Positions 27,259-41,752 of a DNA stretch of 64,000 bases are shown piece by piece. Origin of the DNA: Octopus vulgaris (taxonomy: Eukaryota). Every line of letters starts with the position of its first letter. Positions within the stretch are counted from its first letter, which is position 1. Where the stretch lies: NCBI GenBank assembly GCA_951406725.2, contig OX597815.1, positions 207,328,001 through 207,392,000 of the forward strand. The letters are read 5' to 3'. The position numbers and the translations under genes are program-made. A model generated the notes under the pieces. That model was not told the origin of the DNA and ran no database searches. It saw only the letters and a list, made by a program, of their open reading frames with translations.

Positions 27259-28204
27259 TATATAAGATTTCTTTCTTTCGTTGACTAAGCGAAGGTATGT
27301 AGTGTTATGAAGTTCACTTCGCAACTACGTGATTTCGGGTTCAGTCTCACAGCGTGACATGTTACACACACACACACACACGCGCCTACATACATATATA
27401 TGCGTGTGTGAGAGAGAAGGAGAAAGAGAGAGGGGAGAGACCGAGGGAAAGTCTTAGATATGTGTTTGTTCCCCACCCGCCATCCGACAAGCGTTTGACA
27501 ACCATTATCAGTTTATTTGCGTCAACGTAACTTGGCCGTTCGACAAAGGACATCGACGGAATGAATACCTAATTCAACAAGAATAACAAAACACACTAAG
27601 GTCTATTTGCACCTTTAAACACTTCAAGGCGCTACTCAAGCGTGACCGCAGTCTTAGGGCTTGAAGCAGGTAAAACAGTAAAATATGTATCTGGTCATGT
27701 CTTGTAGCATATTAGCAGTATATTAAGTCATTCACATAACTAGCCTGGGATGTAAATAAACAATACAACAGTTGGTATTCTGGTTGCGAGGGTACTGAGT
27801 ACTAAATATGTACTTCGGTTGATTCCATCAACCCCATTGAACATGCATATATCTGTACATATTTAGATACATGTTACGTATAACCTCATATATGTATACA
27901 TATTCATATGCGAGGGAGACATACATGGTGTGGATGAAGATGTCTTGAAAGCTAAACTAGATCTCCTACTGTCAAGAAGAGTCTTAGATGAGCCGGCTTC
28001 ACGACAGGAATCGGGAATGAAGGCAGCTGCAACAGCAATCTGCTTCATTCACCAAATGCGAACTATTAAAGAAAAAATAATTAAGGTGTAATAACAGCAG
28101 TTGGCGGTGCTGCACTATGGCCACAGCCCCCGAACTGAAACTAGTAAAAGAGTATCTATTCATATGCAGACACACACGCACCTTCACATACATAGTACGT
28201 ATAT

Positions 28205-28238
<34 letters not shown>

Positions 28239-28554
28239 ACGGGAAGCTTTATGAAAATAAACAAAAGACGAAGGCAGGTGGAAAACAAACGAACAATTGT
28301 ATTAGTATGGCGCTCAGGAAATATAAATAAAACAAGTCTTTATATATATATGTGTGTGTGTGTATGTATGTATGTATAAAAAAATACAAACTGGGACAAG
28401 AACGCAAAACATTTAGAAGACGATACAAAAAACACAGACGGGACATTCGAAACCTTCAATCTTCAGTCAAAAACCGGATCATCCTCGCAATTTACGCATG
28501 TATTTAAAATATAAAAATGTGTATATGTGTGTGTATTTGATGTGTGTGTATTTG

Positions 28555-28597
<43 letters not shown>

Positions 28598-28679
28598 TGT
28601 ACGTATTTCTATGTATACATATACCACACAACAATTAAAGTAACTTTCTAACGTTGTTAATGGGACTTTTTACATGAGA

Positions 28680-29078
28680 CATGGCTGTGTGGTAAGTAGC
28701 TTGCTTTCCAACCACATGGTTCCGGGTTCAGTCCCACTATGGAGCACTTTGGGCAAGTATCTTCTATTATCACTTCGGATTGACCAATGCGCTGTGAGAA
28801 GATTTGATCGACGGAAACTGAAAGAAACCCGTCGTATATATATATGTTTGTGTGTGTGCGTGTATGTGTCTGTGTTTGTCTCCCATCACCGCTTGATAAT
28901 CGGTGTTGGTGTGTTTACGTCTCCGTAACGTGGCTATTTGGCAAAAACTAACCGATAGAACAAATACTATGCTTAAAAAATAAGTCCTGGGGTCGACTTG
29001 TTGGACTAAAACCCCTGAAGGCGATGCCCCAGAATACTTGTAGTCAAATAACTGAAACAAATAAAAGAATAAAAGAAT
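28680..29078 (+). mobile_element. SINE family A (diverged)
   Basis: Match to the consensus over its full length. Confidence 0.85.
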
Positions 29079-29360
29079 ACAAACACACACACACACACAT
29101 GCAAGTGCGTGTATATACACGTGCATGTGTATGAGTGTGTATGTTTGTGTGTATGCGGGAGAGATTGGGTTAGTACTCTTCGTGTATACCAACTAAACAT
29201 TTAGGTCCATGTTTGTTGTCCTCACTGTAAATACCAAAGTTTACACTTGACATTAATTTTATTTTCAATCAGTTTATATTTTCGAGTTGTCTACCTTGCA
29301 CCACATGACAAGGATTGTTATTAACGCTAATGGCTTTTCCAATTGCATCTATATATTCAG

Positions 29361-29586
29361 TTACTCTTTTACTCTTTTATTCCTTTACTTGTTTCAGTCA
29401 TTTGATTGCGGCCATGCTGGAGCACCGCCTTTAGTCGAGCAAATCGACCCCGGGACTTATTCTTTGTAAGCCTTGTACTTATTCTATCGGTTCTTTTGCC
29501 GAATCGCTAAGTTACGGGGACGTAAACACACCAGCACCGGTTGTCAAGCAATGTTGGGGGGACAAACACAGACACACACAGACACA

Positions 29587-29673
<87 letters not shown>

Positions 29674-29860
29674 TTATTTATACATGTACATATATACGAC
29701 GGGCTTCTTTCAGTTTCCGTCTATCAAATCCACTCACAAGGCTTTGGTCGGCCCGAGGCTATAGTAGAAGACACTTGCCCAAGTTGCGACGCAGTGGGAC
29801 TGAACTCGGAACCATGTGGTTGGTAAGCAAGGTATTTACCACACAGCCGCTCCTGCGCCT
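29361..29860 (-). mobile_element. SINE family A
   Basis: Full-length reverse copy. Confidence 0.9.
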
Positions 29861-30152
29861 GCTTAAAAAAATTTCGATTATACTTCTTTTCGTATGTTTG
29901 TGCACACTTGAGTATATGATTTTTATGCGGAAGGCATCTTTATCGAAGAGTATATATTGTTCAAGAATTTCTTAGATGTAATGGGGGAAACATTCGATTT
30001 ACGCATTACATACACACGCACAGGCATGTGTACACATATATCAATCATTATATAAACACTTAGATACAAACAAGCAAACACATAGACACACATACATACA
30101 TGCACACACACTCATACAAACACACACACACATATATAAATAATATATATAT

Positions 30153-30336
30153 AGGTGCAGGAGTGGCTGTGTGGTAAGTAGCTTGCTTACCAACCACATG
30201 GTTCCGGGTTCAGTCCCACTACGTGGCACCTTGGGCAAGTGTCTTCTACTATAGCCTCGGGCCGACCAAAGCCTTGTGAGTGGATTTGATAGACGGAAAC
30301 TGAAAAGAAGCCCATCGTATATATGTACATGTATAA

Positions 30337-30395
<59 letters not shown>

Positions 30396-30609
30396 GTTTG
30401 CGTGTCTGTGTTTGTCCTCCCACCATCACTTGACAACCGATGCTGGTGTGGTTACGTCCCCGTAACGTAGCGGTTCGACAAAAGACCGATAGAATAAGTA
30501 CAAGGCTTACAAAATAGAATAAGTCCCGGGGTCGATTTGCTCGACTAAAGGTGGTGCTCCAGCATGGCCGCAGTCAAAATGACTGAAAAAAATACAAGAG
30601 TAAAAGAGT
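30153..30609 (+). mobile_element. SINE family A
   Basis: Full-length copy, head-to-head with 29361-29860. Confidence 0.9.
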
Positions 30610-30721
30610 GTATGCCCACGAACTGGCAAACCATACTTGTGTATGTGTGTCCGATATTGTTTATATTCTTTGGGCTGCTTCTCATTCACATTTGAATTTT
30701 TTCCGTTGCATGAAACGTTGG

Positions 30722-30922
30722 GATGGATGTATGTATGTATGTATGTATGTATGTATGTATGTATGTATGTATGTATGTATGTATGTATGTATGCATGTAT
30801 GTATGTATGTATGTATGTATGTATGTGTATGTATGTATGCATGTGTGCGTGCCTGTGTGTGTGTGTGTGTGTATGTGTGTGTGTGTGTGTATATATGTAT
30901 ATACGTACGTATGTACGTACAT
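30722..30922. repeat. (TATG)n/(TG)n microsatellite
   Basis: Directly visible. Confidence 0.95.
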
Positions 30923-33162
30923 ATGATGTTGACTTGTTCTTCTTTTTGGATTATGGCTGCTGTTGCTTAGTGAGTGGGATTGACTCAGTGCACAGCTTTT
31001 CCTCACTTTAAAAGAAAATCTTCTTGCACAGGTATTGCACGATAACAACATTGATTAAGCTTCGTGCAATGGCCATACTCGATAACGAGGGGGCAGCCAC
31101 CATGTATGTACACACTGACACACACACATGCATACGTTAAACTGATACATTTGTTAACGTTTGTCCATCCCTGTTGTCTTCTCTCGGTGCTCATTGCCCA
31201 ATACTCATACATGCGTGCCTGTAAGAGTGTCAGTGATAATGTGTGTTGGCTGCCGGTGAACGCATACGTAAAAGAAAACGAAAAACGAAAACAAAAGTTA
31301 GTCTGGGTTTGATATCGAATTTACACCATCACTGTGTAAGGTTCAAGTAAAATATGATATTTTTCATTATAGCTGATAATCGATTTTCATGTCTTTATGT
31401 CTACTTTCAAAAGACTTGTATGTTATTCTTTCTGTGTGAAAGAGGGTTTAATAACCTCTGTATATAACATAAGAAAGTGGATCAGATATAAAGACACCAG
31501 ACTATAACCCGTTTCAGAAAATATGGGGAATGAATTAACAGAAGAATCGAGGGATTTCTCAGACAGATGATAGTGTACGTAAAATCCATCCAGATAAATG
31601 TTGCCTCACATTTCTTGAATACAGTGTTAAGACTGCATGCTAAGAAACATACGGTTTAGTTATCTATGGGTGTAATATACTCACATTTGAGGTACACATG
31701 GGTTGAGAGGTGTTGGGTCATGAACTACGTGACCTTAGTATTGTTGATAATTTTTATCGTTTATTCATTTTTTATTGTTTCAGTCATTAGACTGCGCCCA
31801 CGCTGGGGCATCGCCTTGAAAAATTTCAGGCGAACGAATCGACCCCAGTAATTATATTTTTTTTATAACTAACTGATATTTATCATATCGGATTATTATC
31901 CAACATACTGTGGGCCTGCTAGTTACCACACCTGTACGTCCTTACTTATGTGCTAATTATGTAACTATGGCCCATACATACATACCTACATACATACATA
32001 CATACATAATGCATACATACATACATACATACATACAGACATACATACAGGATAGGGGGACGTAAACAAACCAACAATAGTTGTCAAGCAGAAGTGGGTG
32101 ACAAACGCAGATACCAAAACACACACACACATATACGACGGGCTTCTTTCAGTTTCTGTCTACCAAATCCTCTCACAAGGTTTTATTCGTCCCCAAGTGT
32201 TACGCAGTGGGATTGAACCCGGAACCTTGCGGTTAAGAAGTAAACTTCTAACCACACAACCGCACCTATTCTTAAAATAGTTTCGTAATATATTTAATAA
32301 TTTAGTTATGTATTAGACGGGCTCGAGATGTGGTAACTAACATTTTCTGAAGGGCCAGCTTCTTAGATAGGAAAGCCTTAAAGTTACTGTTTGCATTGTT
32401 GTTTTGTTATTGTAGAGTTGTTTTATCGATGTTAACCCTTCGTCTTTTAAGGATTTCTTATTGAAACCTACCGTATTTTAAGGATTTCTCATCTCAAGTA
32501 GCTGCTGTTTCCACTCCTTTGGCTGCTGTTACTTGCATGTCAAGCGGCTACGTAGATGCGCCCTCATTGGTTTGAATATATTAAAGTACTTTATAGGGAA
32601 ACATTCCGATCTGTCGTTACCCTCTCACAGAAGCTCCCAGACGAAGTCCCGACGTGAACAAACACGAAAGACTATATCCTTGAAGTGTTATGTTATACAT
32701 TATACGTTAACATGGAGATTATATCGTGTAATCTTAGGCTGAAATGTTTCAAGTACTGCCTTGTCAGCTCTCAAGTATATTGGAAATTAATAGAAGATTA
32801 CAAAGCCAGATGCACAGCAATTAGGAGACCTGCAAATACACACACTTCTCTCTTTCCAGTATTCCTGTTGAGAATTATATATAATAAACAGCGATGCACA
32901 CTTTCAAGTTCACATTAATATCGAAAGGTGAATATTGATGTTTAGCACCACAGATGATGAGGCGATATCGGCAATTTTATTTATTTATTTATATAGTCAT
33001 TCATTCATTCTGTTTTCAGTTGTCCAGAAAATATCTGTTCCCAAAGCACTGATCGCCTCTAGTTGCCGGGATTCAAGTGTAAATTCCAGAAGTCAGTTGC
33101 CTCTGTTGACTTACGGGGGGAAAGGTCTGTACGCTTTATAACTTTACCAGCTGGAGTGTTGG

Positions 33163-33198
<36 letters not shown>

Positions 33199-33982
33199 CA
33201 AAGTATATTATGCGTGTGTTCTCTGCGCACACACATGTCTGTGACTGAGTGCATGCGTGTATATAACATACACAAACGCGTTCAGACACACAGACACATA
33301 TACACACATATAGGCAAATATACGTACATATAGAATTTCTCAAAACTTCATATCTATTACATAAAAATATATCGAGTTATGTAGTAAGATATGTGTAAGG
33401 ATATATGTCTGTACGGACACCTCATATATATATATATACATATGAGTCTGTGTGTGCGTACGTGCGTGCGTGTGCGTGTGTGTGTTGTATGTAGGCAACA
33501 AACCTTGGCATTGAAAATCTCGATAGCACTATAATAATGTGTAAAACAGAAGTTCATTGGAATCTGTATTCGGAAATTACATGGAATAAACATAGAAACT
33601 GTTACACTTTAATTCCACAATCCCCTATGCCAGTTCAGATAGTATCGGGGAATAATGAGCAAAGAGTTCTGTGTTGGGTTGTAAACGAAATTTCATATTA
33701 TAAAAATTACGAGCGGCATACAACAGTAAAACCGTTATTACATCATTGGCGGCAACTGGGATGAATCGTTAGAGTTCGGGCAGAATGCTTCGCTGCGATC
33801 TGAGTTCAAGTCCCATCGTGTATACATTGCTTATTATTCTTTCGAGATTGATAAATTAAGTCCCAGTTCAAAGGAATGGATTGGTAGAATTGTAAGAACA
33901 TCAAACCTGGTACCTTACAGTATTTGTTCCGGATCTTTGTATTCCTTGTATGAATTCCATTGTGACCTAGCTGGGTTATAAA

Positions 33983-34023
<41 letters not shown>

Positions 34024-34658
34024 CGGATTCTACTCTATTCAGAGCCGAATTAAGACCCATAGAAGCCTTAAGCACTTAAAAGAGTCTGGTGCACCCATAT
34101 ATATGTAATTCAAAATATAAGCAATAACAAACCATAAAATGAATTTTCATTTTTCAAAATGAAACAAAGACTAACAATATGTTGGATTATAATGTTTATT
34201 TTTGTATACTTTCGATTTATTTATATTTTAAAAGTTTCACCCTGCTCTCTTTAATTGCAAAGTCTTTGATCAGATCCTCACTGTGACATCACGAACACTT
34301 CGAAATTATATTTCCGATCATATAAACCGCTTCGAATATTATTTTAACAAATTTAAAGTGATTTCTCTTGTACCGTAAACCATCTACCATTTCTGTGATG
34401 CCCAACTTCTCTTGACGCTCTAAGCTCGTGATTATTTTGCTGAACGCTAACTCTGTCGCAAGCATAGAACTACTTTTCCAGTTTGACGATCACTTATTTC
34501 CTCTCTCTTTCTCTCTCACCAGTCTTGGAAGTATTGTAACGGACTTTGGGCACAATCATGTTCTCTGATCAAAGGCAAAATGAAATGCTTAAACAGGTTA
34601 TATTATACAGGATGTCTGTAGACATAAGAATCTAGGCATAAAGAAACACAACTTCCCG

Positions 34659-34689
<31 letters not shown>

Positions 34690-34699
34690 TGTATGTATG

Positions 34700-35140
34700 G
34701 GCCGTGGCTGTGTGGTAAGTAGCTTGTTTATCAACCACATGGTTCCAGGTTCAGTCCCACTGCGTGGCACCTTGGGCAAGTTTCTTCTGCTATAGCCTCG
34801 GGCCGACCAAAGCCTTGTGAGTGGATTTGGTAGACAGAAACTGAAAGAAGCCCGTCGTATATATGTATATATATGTGTGTGTGTGTGTTTGTGTGTCTGT
34901 TGTTGTCCCCCTAGCATTGCTTGACAACCGATGCTGGTGTGTTTACGTCCCCGTTACTTAGCGTTACTTAGCGGTTTACGTCCCCGTTACTTAGCGGTTC
35001 GGCAAAAGAGACCGATAGAATGAGTACTGGGCTTACAAAAGAATAAGTCCCGGAGTCGAGTTGCTCGATTAAAGGCGGTGCTCCAGCATGGCCGCAGTCA
35101 TATGACTGAAACAAGTAAAAGAGTAAAGAGTAAAAAAGTA
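34700..35140 (+). mobile_element. SINE family A with internal tandem duplication
   Basis: Consensus match. The segment tacgtccccgttacttagcg is duplicated at about 34942-34998. Confidence 0.9.
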
Positions 35141-35345
35141 TGGACGTACAGGTGTGGTAACGAGCAGACCCACAAGATTCTCAAAAGTCACATTTCAATT
35201 CATCTAATCAAATTATTTACTCATTAAGCGTGCTCTACATCGAATTTGAATTGGGGTAATTGCCTGTTTCCTTATATAATTAAAAAGATAGACAAATGAA
35301 ATGAATTTGAGAGTTGCATTCATGCACATACACACATTCACAGAA

Positions 35346-35381
<36 letters not shown>

Positions 35382-37053
35382 AAACAGAACTGAATGTCGA
35401 ATCGATTAACTTGTCACACAAACACTCACTGAAAATTAAACAGACTTTTACGATGTTATGAATGTTAAGACCCAAGACACTCTTGTCAGCAAACGTGTGA
35501 TCAAATGCGTTACAGTTGTAACAACACCCTTTATTTTTGCATCTATATCTAGGACTACACTGTCTAGCATGTCCGTCTGTGTATAAGAAAATAGCACGTG
35601 ATTTGCATGATTTTGGCAGCTGTCTCTAGCCATCAAGGATTCCAATCTACTGTCATAGAAGTATGTATCTAGTTGGGTTCTTCAGAGTAAATACTCAGCA
35701 TAAGTCGAATTCGCTTAGCATCTTTTTGATGGGTATAAACACTAGACTTCTAATAAGGTGGGTTCGTTCAGTGTTCAAATCGAGAAGATCTCTTGGGTTC
35801 TTTCCACGTCCAAGAGATTTAGGTATCTCAACTTGGTAGTCATTTTAGATGATGGAATAGTAGCCTTGAACTGAGTGCAATGTTAGTGGAAGAGTAAGGG
35901 ATGCTTATATTTAGTGGAATTGTTATTGGAGATCCGTGTGGAGATGGCCTATTTAGAGTTATGTAGATTGAAGTGGTGTGAGAGAAAAGTTGAAGATAAC
36001 AAAGTGGTAGCGAGCTCGTTCACGTGTTAAAATTTTACATTTTGCACACATGAAGTGGATAGTGCCACACGTAAATCCCTTATAAAAGAATGTGAGAATG
36101 TGTAATATTCTATGATGGTAAACGGTGGTGTTATGCGACCGCATCGAGGGATGGAATTTCATTTGAAAACCACATGGGATAATATTATAGTAGACGTTTA
36201 TGAGCTTAGAATTAAATAAATTCGTTTTGACTATTCATCAAATCATCAAGTACACAGTATTTTTTTCTTTCTTCCATTGCTACTTTAGCCGTTTCTTTAG
36301 AATCTTATCAATGTATAACTGAAAACTAGGACAGGCAGAAAATGCAATAAGTTGGGAATATCCTGACTCGGTGAATTATAAATTAATTCAGTAAATAAAA
36401 ACTAGGAAAGAGTGACACTGAAATCTGGCTGTTGTAGCTAGTTCTTACTCTTAGCTGTCGACAACCTGATATAATCATGTGGAGTTTCCTCCAACTTTGG
36501 TAACACTTTACATTATACGCAGTGACGTCTTAGGTGATTTATTATGAGCTTTCTTCTGGGATTTTATGAAATCTAATTAATTGCAGCTGTGAAATCATAT
36601 CAAAGGTTAAATACAATTTCCTTCAGAATATAAATATATATTTTTCAGCGAAGGAGCTGTTAGCCAAATGTTTTCAGAAGAGAATGCTAAATGTTCAAAA
36701 AGCCGTTTTGATTATCAAATTGCATTAATACTTAGAATTTTCTCAGACTGCAACAAATATTCAAAGTTTCTTACAGCCTCATCCTCCTCCTCCTCCTCCT
36801 CCTCCTCCTCCTCCACATTCTAATCTCCAATGAACTTAATGAAATTTATTTAATGAAACAGCTCTTAGCTGTATGGTAAAAAGTTTGCTTTCCAGATACG
36901 TGGTTCTGGGTTCAGTTTCACTGCGTGGCACCCTGGGCAAGTGTGTTCTATTATAGCCCCGAGCCGGCCAATGTCTTGTGAGTGGATTTAGTAGACGGAA
37001 ACTGAAAGAAGGCCGTCCTGTTTGTGAGTGTGTGTATGTGTGTGCGCGTGCAC

Positions 37054-37094
<41 letters not shown>

Positions 37095-38219
37095 AATCTA
37101 TGTGTTTGTGCTTCCACTATCACTTGACAACTTGTGTCTGTTTATTTGCGTTCCCGTATCTTAGCGGTCCGGCAAATAAAATGCCAGAAGGAAAATAAGG
37201 ATTTTAGTGGGATTGATTTTAAATGGCAAACGGTTTTCTTTTCCAAATACCTTATTGTGTTGGCTTGTGAACGCAAACTCGATAGCAGAACGGATGAAAT
37301 ATTTCTAAATAAAATAATAGAATGAAAGCTCTGCATCTTGCAACGTTATGTCTTCTTGCATAAGCAGCACTAATAGTGAAAATGCTAGGTTTCTCCTCCG
37401 TATTCTCCTATAAAAATATTCTAGGACAAGATAATAATAGCTCATTTTTATGTTCGCATACACCAGTCGCTTCGCGATCTCTTGGTATGTTGGTAGAAAT
37501 AGGAGCTAGACCTCCTCAAATTCACACTGTACTGTCTTTGAAGAAAATGAACATATTGCAAATCCTTTCCTGAGATAAACCGTTTGTAAAATTTTAAAAA
37601 ATGATAGCGTAGCTAAGGTTAGAGTACCCGTAGATCATCAGAAGTGATTTAGAGTTAATCAACAATCTCGGTGACAGTTTGACTTAGTGTAAAGGTCGTA
37701 TTATCGAATTCAGGTTGAAATGCTATCATTTTGAAATCGTTATTTATACTGTGTGCAGCGAGAGATGAAACGATGATTTGCATATTTGATTTTCCAACAG
37801 AGTCAGACAAATATTCTACTCGCTGTTGTGTACGTCTCAGAAGAAAATCTTTTCCTTTTTATGATGTGTTCATAGCACACTCAGCTCAATGTTGCAATGG
37901 GTTCTGAGACATCCGTGTTTTCGGTATGTTGTGTCTCGTCAACCGGAAGCAGCCCTGGATCTGTGAGCCTAAACAAGAGCCGGTGGTTTTGTTTATTCTT
38001 TCAGCGAACAGTTTGTTTGCTGAACAGAGCTGATATCTGTGAACCGATAAGAAAATCGCTATTTGCACTATTTACAGAATAATCGGAAACAAAGATTTGC
38101 AAATTTATACTCAAAACGTTCTGACAGAATCGAACGCAAATATGCTGATCACTGTTTCTTAATTATGTTGTAAATTAAGTTTCCAAATGAATTGGCATAC
38201 TTTAAGAAATAGAGTACCT

Positions 38220-38382
38220 AGGCGCAGGAGTGGCTGTGTGGTAAGTAGCTTGCTAACCAACCACATGGTTCCGGGTTCAGTCCCACTGCGTGGCACCTTG
38301 GGCAAGTGTCTTCTACTATAGCCTCGGGCTGACCAATGCCTTGTGAGTGGATTTAGTAGACGGAAACTGAAAGAAGCCTGTC

Positions 38383-38434
<52 letters not shown>

Positions 38435-38653
38435 ATGTGTTTGTGTGTTTGTTCCCCCTAGCATTGCTTGACAACCGATGCTGGCGTGTTTACGACCCCG
38501 TTACTTAGCGTTTCGGCAAAAGAGACCGATACAATAAGTACTGGGCTTACAAATAATAAGTCCCGGGGTCGATTTGCTCGACTAAAGGCGGTGCTCCAGC
38601 ATGGCCGCAGTCAAATGACTGAAACAAGTAAAAGAGAGAAAAAGAGAAAAGAG
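38220..38653 (+). mobile_element. SINE family A
   Basis: Full-length copy. Confidence 0.9.
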
Positions 38654-38901
38654 AATGTATTATAGACAATAATATTATGTATCAAAGTTCAAACACTTTT
38701 AAAGACCTCTTCCACTGTTAAAGAACAACAATATTATAAAATGTAGACTATATCTTATAAACACAAAACAGCAGGAACAACAAACATGGTTATCAAACAA
38801 ATATAATTGCTTTAAAGCATATTTACTGTGAAGGTTTAGGAGCGATTTTGTGAGTGTACGTTACTGGAGGCGTGTAAGGATGTGCTGAAAGAAAACGTGT
38901 A

Positions 38902-38946
<45 letters not shown>

Positions 38947-40600
38947 ACATACAGGCACAAAGTAAAAATATCAAAATATCAAAGTGGTTAATGGCACCCA
39001 GCCGTTTACTAACATCTAAGCCTTTATAAGTTTATACATCTGCATACTACTTTATTTATCTGAACTGTTGTGTCATTGAATATTATCGGTGAAAGTTCAC
39101 TTGGCCTCTTAACCTTAATACATTTTATCGTCTCAAACAATCCGAGTAGAGTTATCTTTCTCAGTTCTCACTTCGTCCCTTTCTATCCAATATATACAAA
39201 TACTTGCTTCTGAAAAGTAAAATAAAATAAAGTAAAATAAAATAAGCGGTTAAATGGAAGTGACACAAAGTGAAAAAAATTCGAGGACAGTTGTGAAGAA
39301 TTAGATGAACGATTGAATGAAGAAGTAAATTAGACAGAATGTCAGACAGACGGAGAGAAAAAACAGAAAGAAGAAGCAGATAGATAGGCGGAGAGAGAGA
39401 GAGACAAGAAAGAAAAGGAAACGGATACGAATTAATAAAGATGTAAAAAGAACGGAAAGAGCATAGGAAATAATAGGACAGGGAGAAAGTGTAAACGATA
39501 GAGAAAAAATAAATCATGAAAAGAGAAAGACAGAGCAACTAAGAGACGTAGAACAAGACAGGCAGACATATTTAAATAGACAAGAGATAGGCTGGAGCAG
39601 ATTGGAGGCGGAGGCAAAAATAAATATATCTGTGATAATGAAAACGGAAGCAGTTGGGTGAAGAACGACGGCGATAGATATAACAGTGTTTCACCATCTG
39701 CTGTCTGTGTTTTGTTCTTGACGTTATTGATGTAGATAATATCTAATAGATGTAGATCTTAACGATCGCGCCAAGCTGCTTAAAAGGCACTTGCACTTTT
39801 TATACGAAGTTATTTTGGTAGTCATTAAACGTCACTGAACTTTTGGTAATCCTAATTGCGCAAAGTACATTCGTGTATAAATATATATATATATGCATAT
39901 CGTTATGTAATGTAGGATTTCTTTGCATTTCGATGCAAAGAATTATTTACAACTACAGGGAATTGTTTAAGTCAATCTTATCCATAGAGACAAAAAACAC
40001 ATGAAATAAAGCAATCACAGAAAATATTAAATAAATGGCATATTTCCCTGACAATATTTCATTCCCAAAAGCTAAGAATAAAGGGAGATTTTAAAAAATG
40101 TAGTTTTTTATTTCCCAGAGTACTTGCGATACGTGTCTACTTTATGCCCCTCTAGATCTGAATTTAATATCAATTTTTAAGGTGTGATGATAAATTATTA
40201 TAAATGATAACATTTTTGATAAGCGTGTGTAGGTAATAGAAAGGCCACCCAAGCACAAGCGACGTTGAAAAAGTGCTAGGTATGGGAAAAAATAGAGAAG
40301 GACCAAAGTGAAGAACCGATACACAAGATTAGACAAGGCGAAGAGATCAGCCAGTAAGCCACCAATATTGTGTCTATCATCTATTTTATAACATTGTAAA
40401 TATACGATATATACGTGTGTATAAGTGTGAGTGTGTCTATGTATGTATGTATGTAATGTATTATGTATGTATTTATGTATGTATGCACATATTGATATTT
40501 GGCAGAAGTAACTGAATGAATGACTCAAGAGCCAAGTGTTTCGAGCGTTAGCACTCACCGAACGCCAAAACTCTTGGCCCTTTGTCATTTTGTTACTATT

Positions 40601-40741
40601 GAGCAAATCGACCCCGGGACTTATTCTTTGTAAGCCCAGTACTTATTCTATCGGTCTCTTTTGCCGAACCGCTAAGTGACGGGGACGTAAACACACCAGC
40701 ATCGGTTGTCAAGCAATGCTAGGGGGACAAACACAGACACA

Positions 40742-40831
<90 letters not shown>

Positions 40832-40996
40832 TACGACAGGCTTCTTTCAGTTTCCGTCTACCAAATCCACTCACAAGGTATTGGTCGGCCCGGGGCTCTA
40901 GCAGAAGACACTTGCCCAAGATGCCAGCAGTGGGACTGAACCCAGAACCATGTGGTTGGTTAGCAAGCTACTTACCACACAGCCACTTCTGCGCCT
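40601..40996 (-). mobile_element. SINE family A (3'-truncated)
   Basis: Reverse copy lacking the tail. Confidence 0.88.
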
Positions 40997-41721
40997 ATAT
41001 ATGTAAATGTACCTACAAGGATAGTTACAAATTTTTATGCAAAAGAAATTTATACGGTTTCTAAGGGTCACCAACTGATCTCACTACAGCATTAACCAAG
41101 CAATGTAGAGAGCAAAGACTAGCATATAGGAGAGACTAATATCCATTTTTGCAAGTGTGCATTTATTTGCTGTCGTCTTGAGTATTCCGATACGTCCTGT
41201 TGAATTAATGACGAATGTTGTGGCAGTAGTTTATACGTTTCTTGCAACAAGAAACAAGGTTGTGACTCATTTTCATCATATGTGTATTTATAAAATATAA
41301 CATTGTTGAGGAAACACAAAATTTCCGTTAACCTGATCCCTGAAACAGCTTTGATTCCCATTTGGATTCAGTTCCTTCTATATATTTGATTTCAATTGAT
41401 CTTATTATTCTGAATATGTCTAAGGAATGGGAGAAAAAAGCAGTGCATATGTGTGTAAATGTGTGTAAGACTATGAATGAAATTATTGGATACATTCAGA
41501 TATTAAGTTGTATTCTGCAAAATGTCCTACATGAATTAGTTTTTCATAATCCCAGTAGCAATAATACGCCGAAATTAATCCCCTGAACAAAGTCTAATCG
41601 TATGCTTAGTCAAAATAAATCAATTGTATAATTTGTTAGTGTGAATCTGTGGAGCAGCGGGGACACTTTAATCTGTCCATTGTGCGTGTGTGCATGTATA
41701 TATGTACTTCCGTGTTACATA

Positions 41722-41752
<31 letters not shown>

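Noticed and set aside
33020-33124. AG...GT-bounded segment with faint resemblance to ADAMTS LPG..Y....QC...G
   Set aside because: The resemblance needs frameshifts and crosses a stop, and the one open frame has no recognisable motif.
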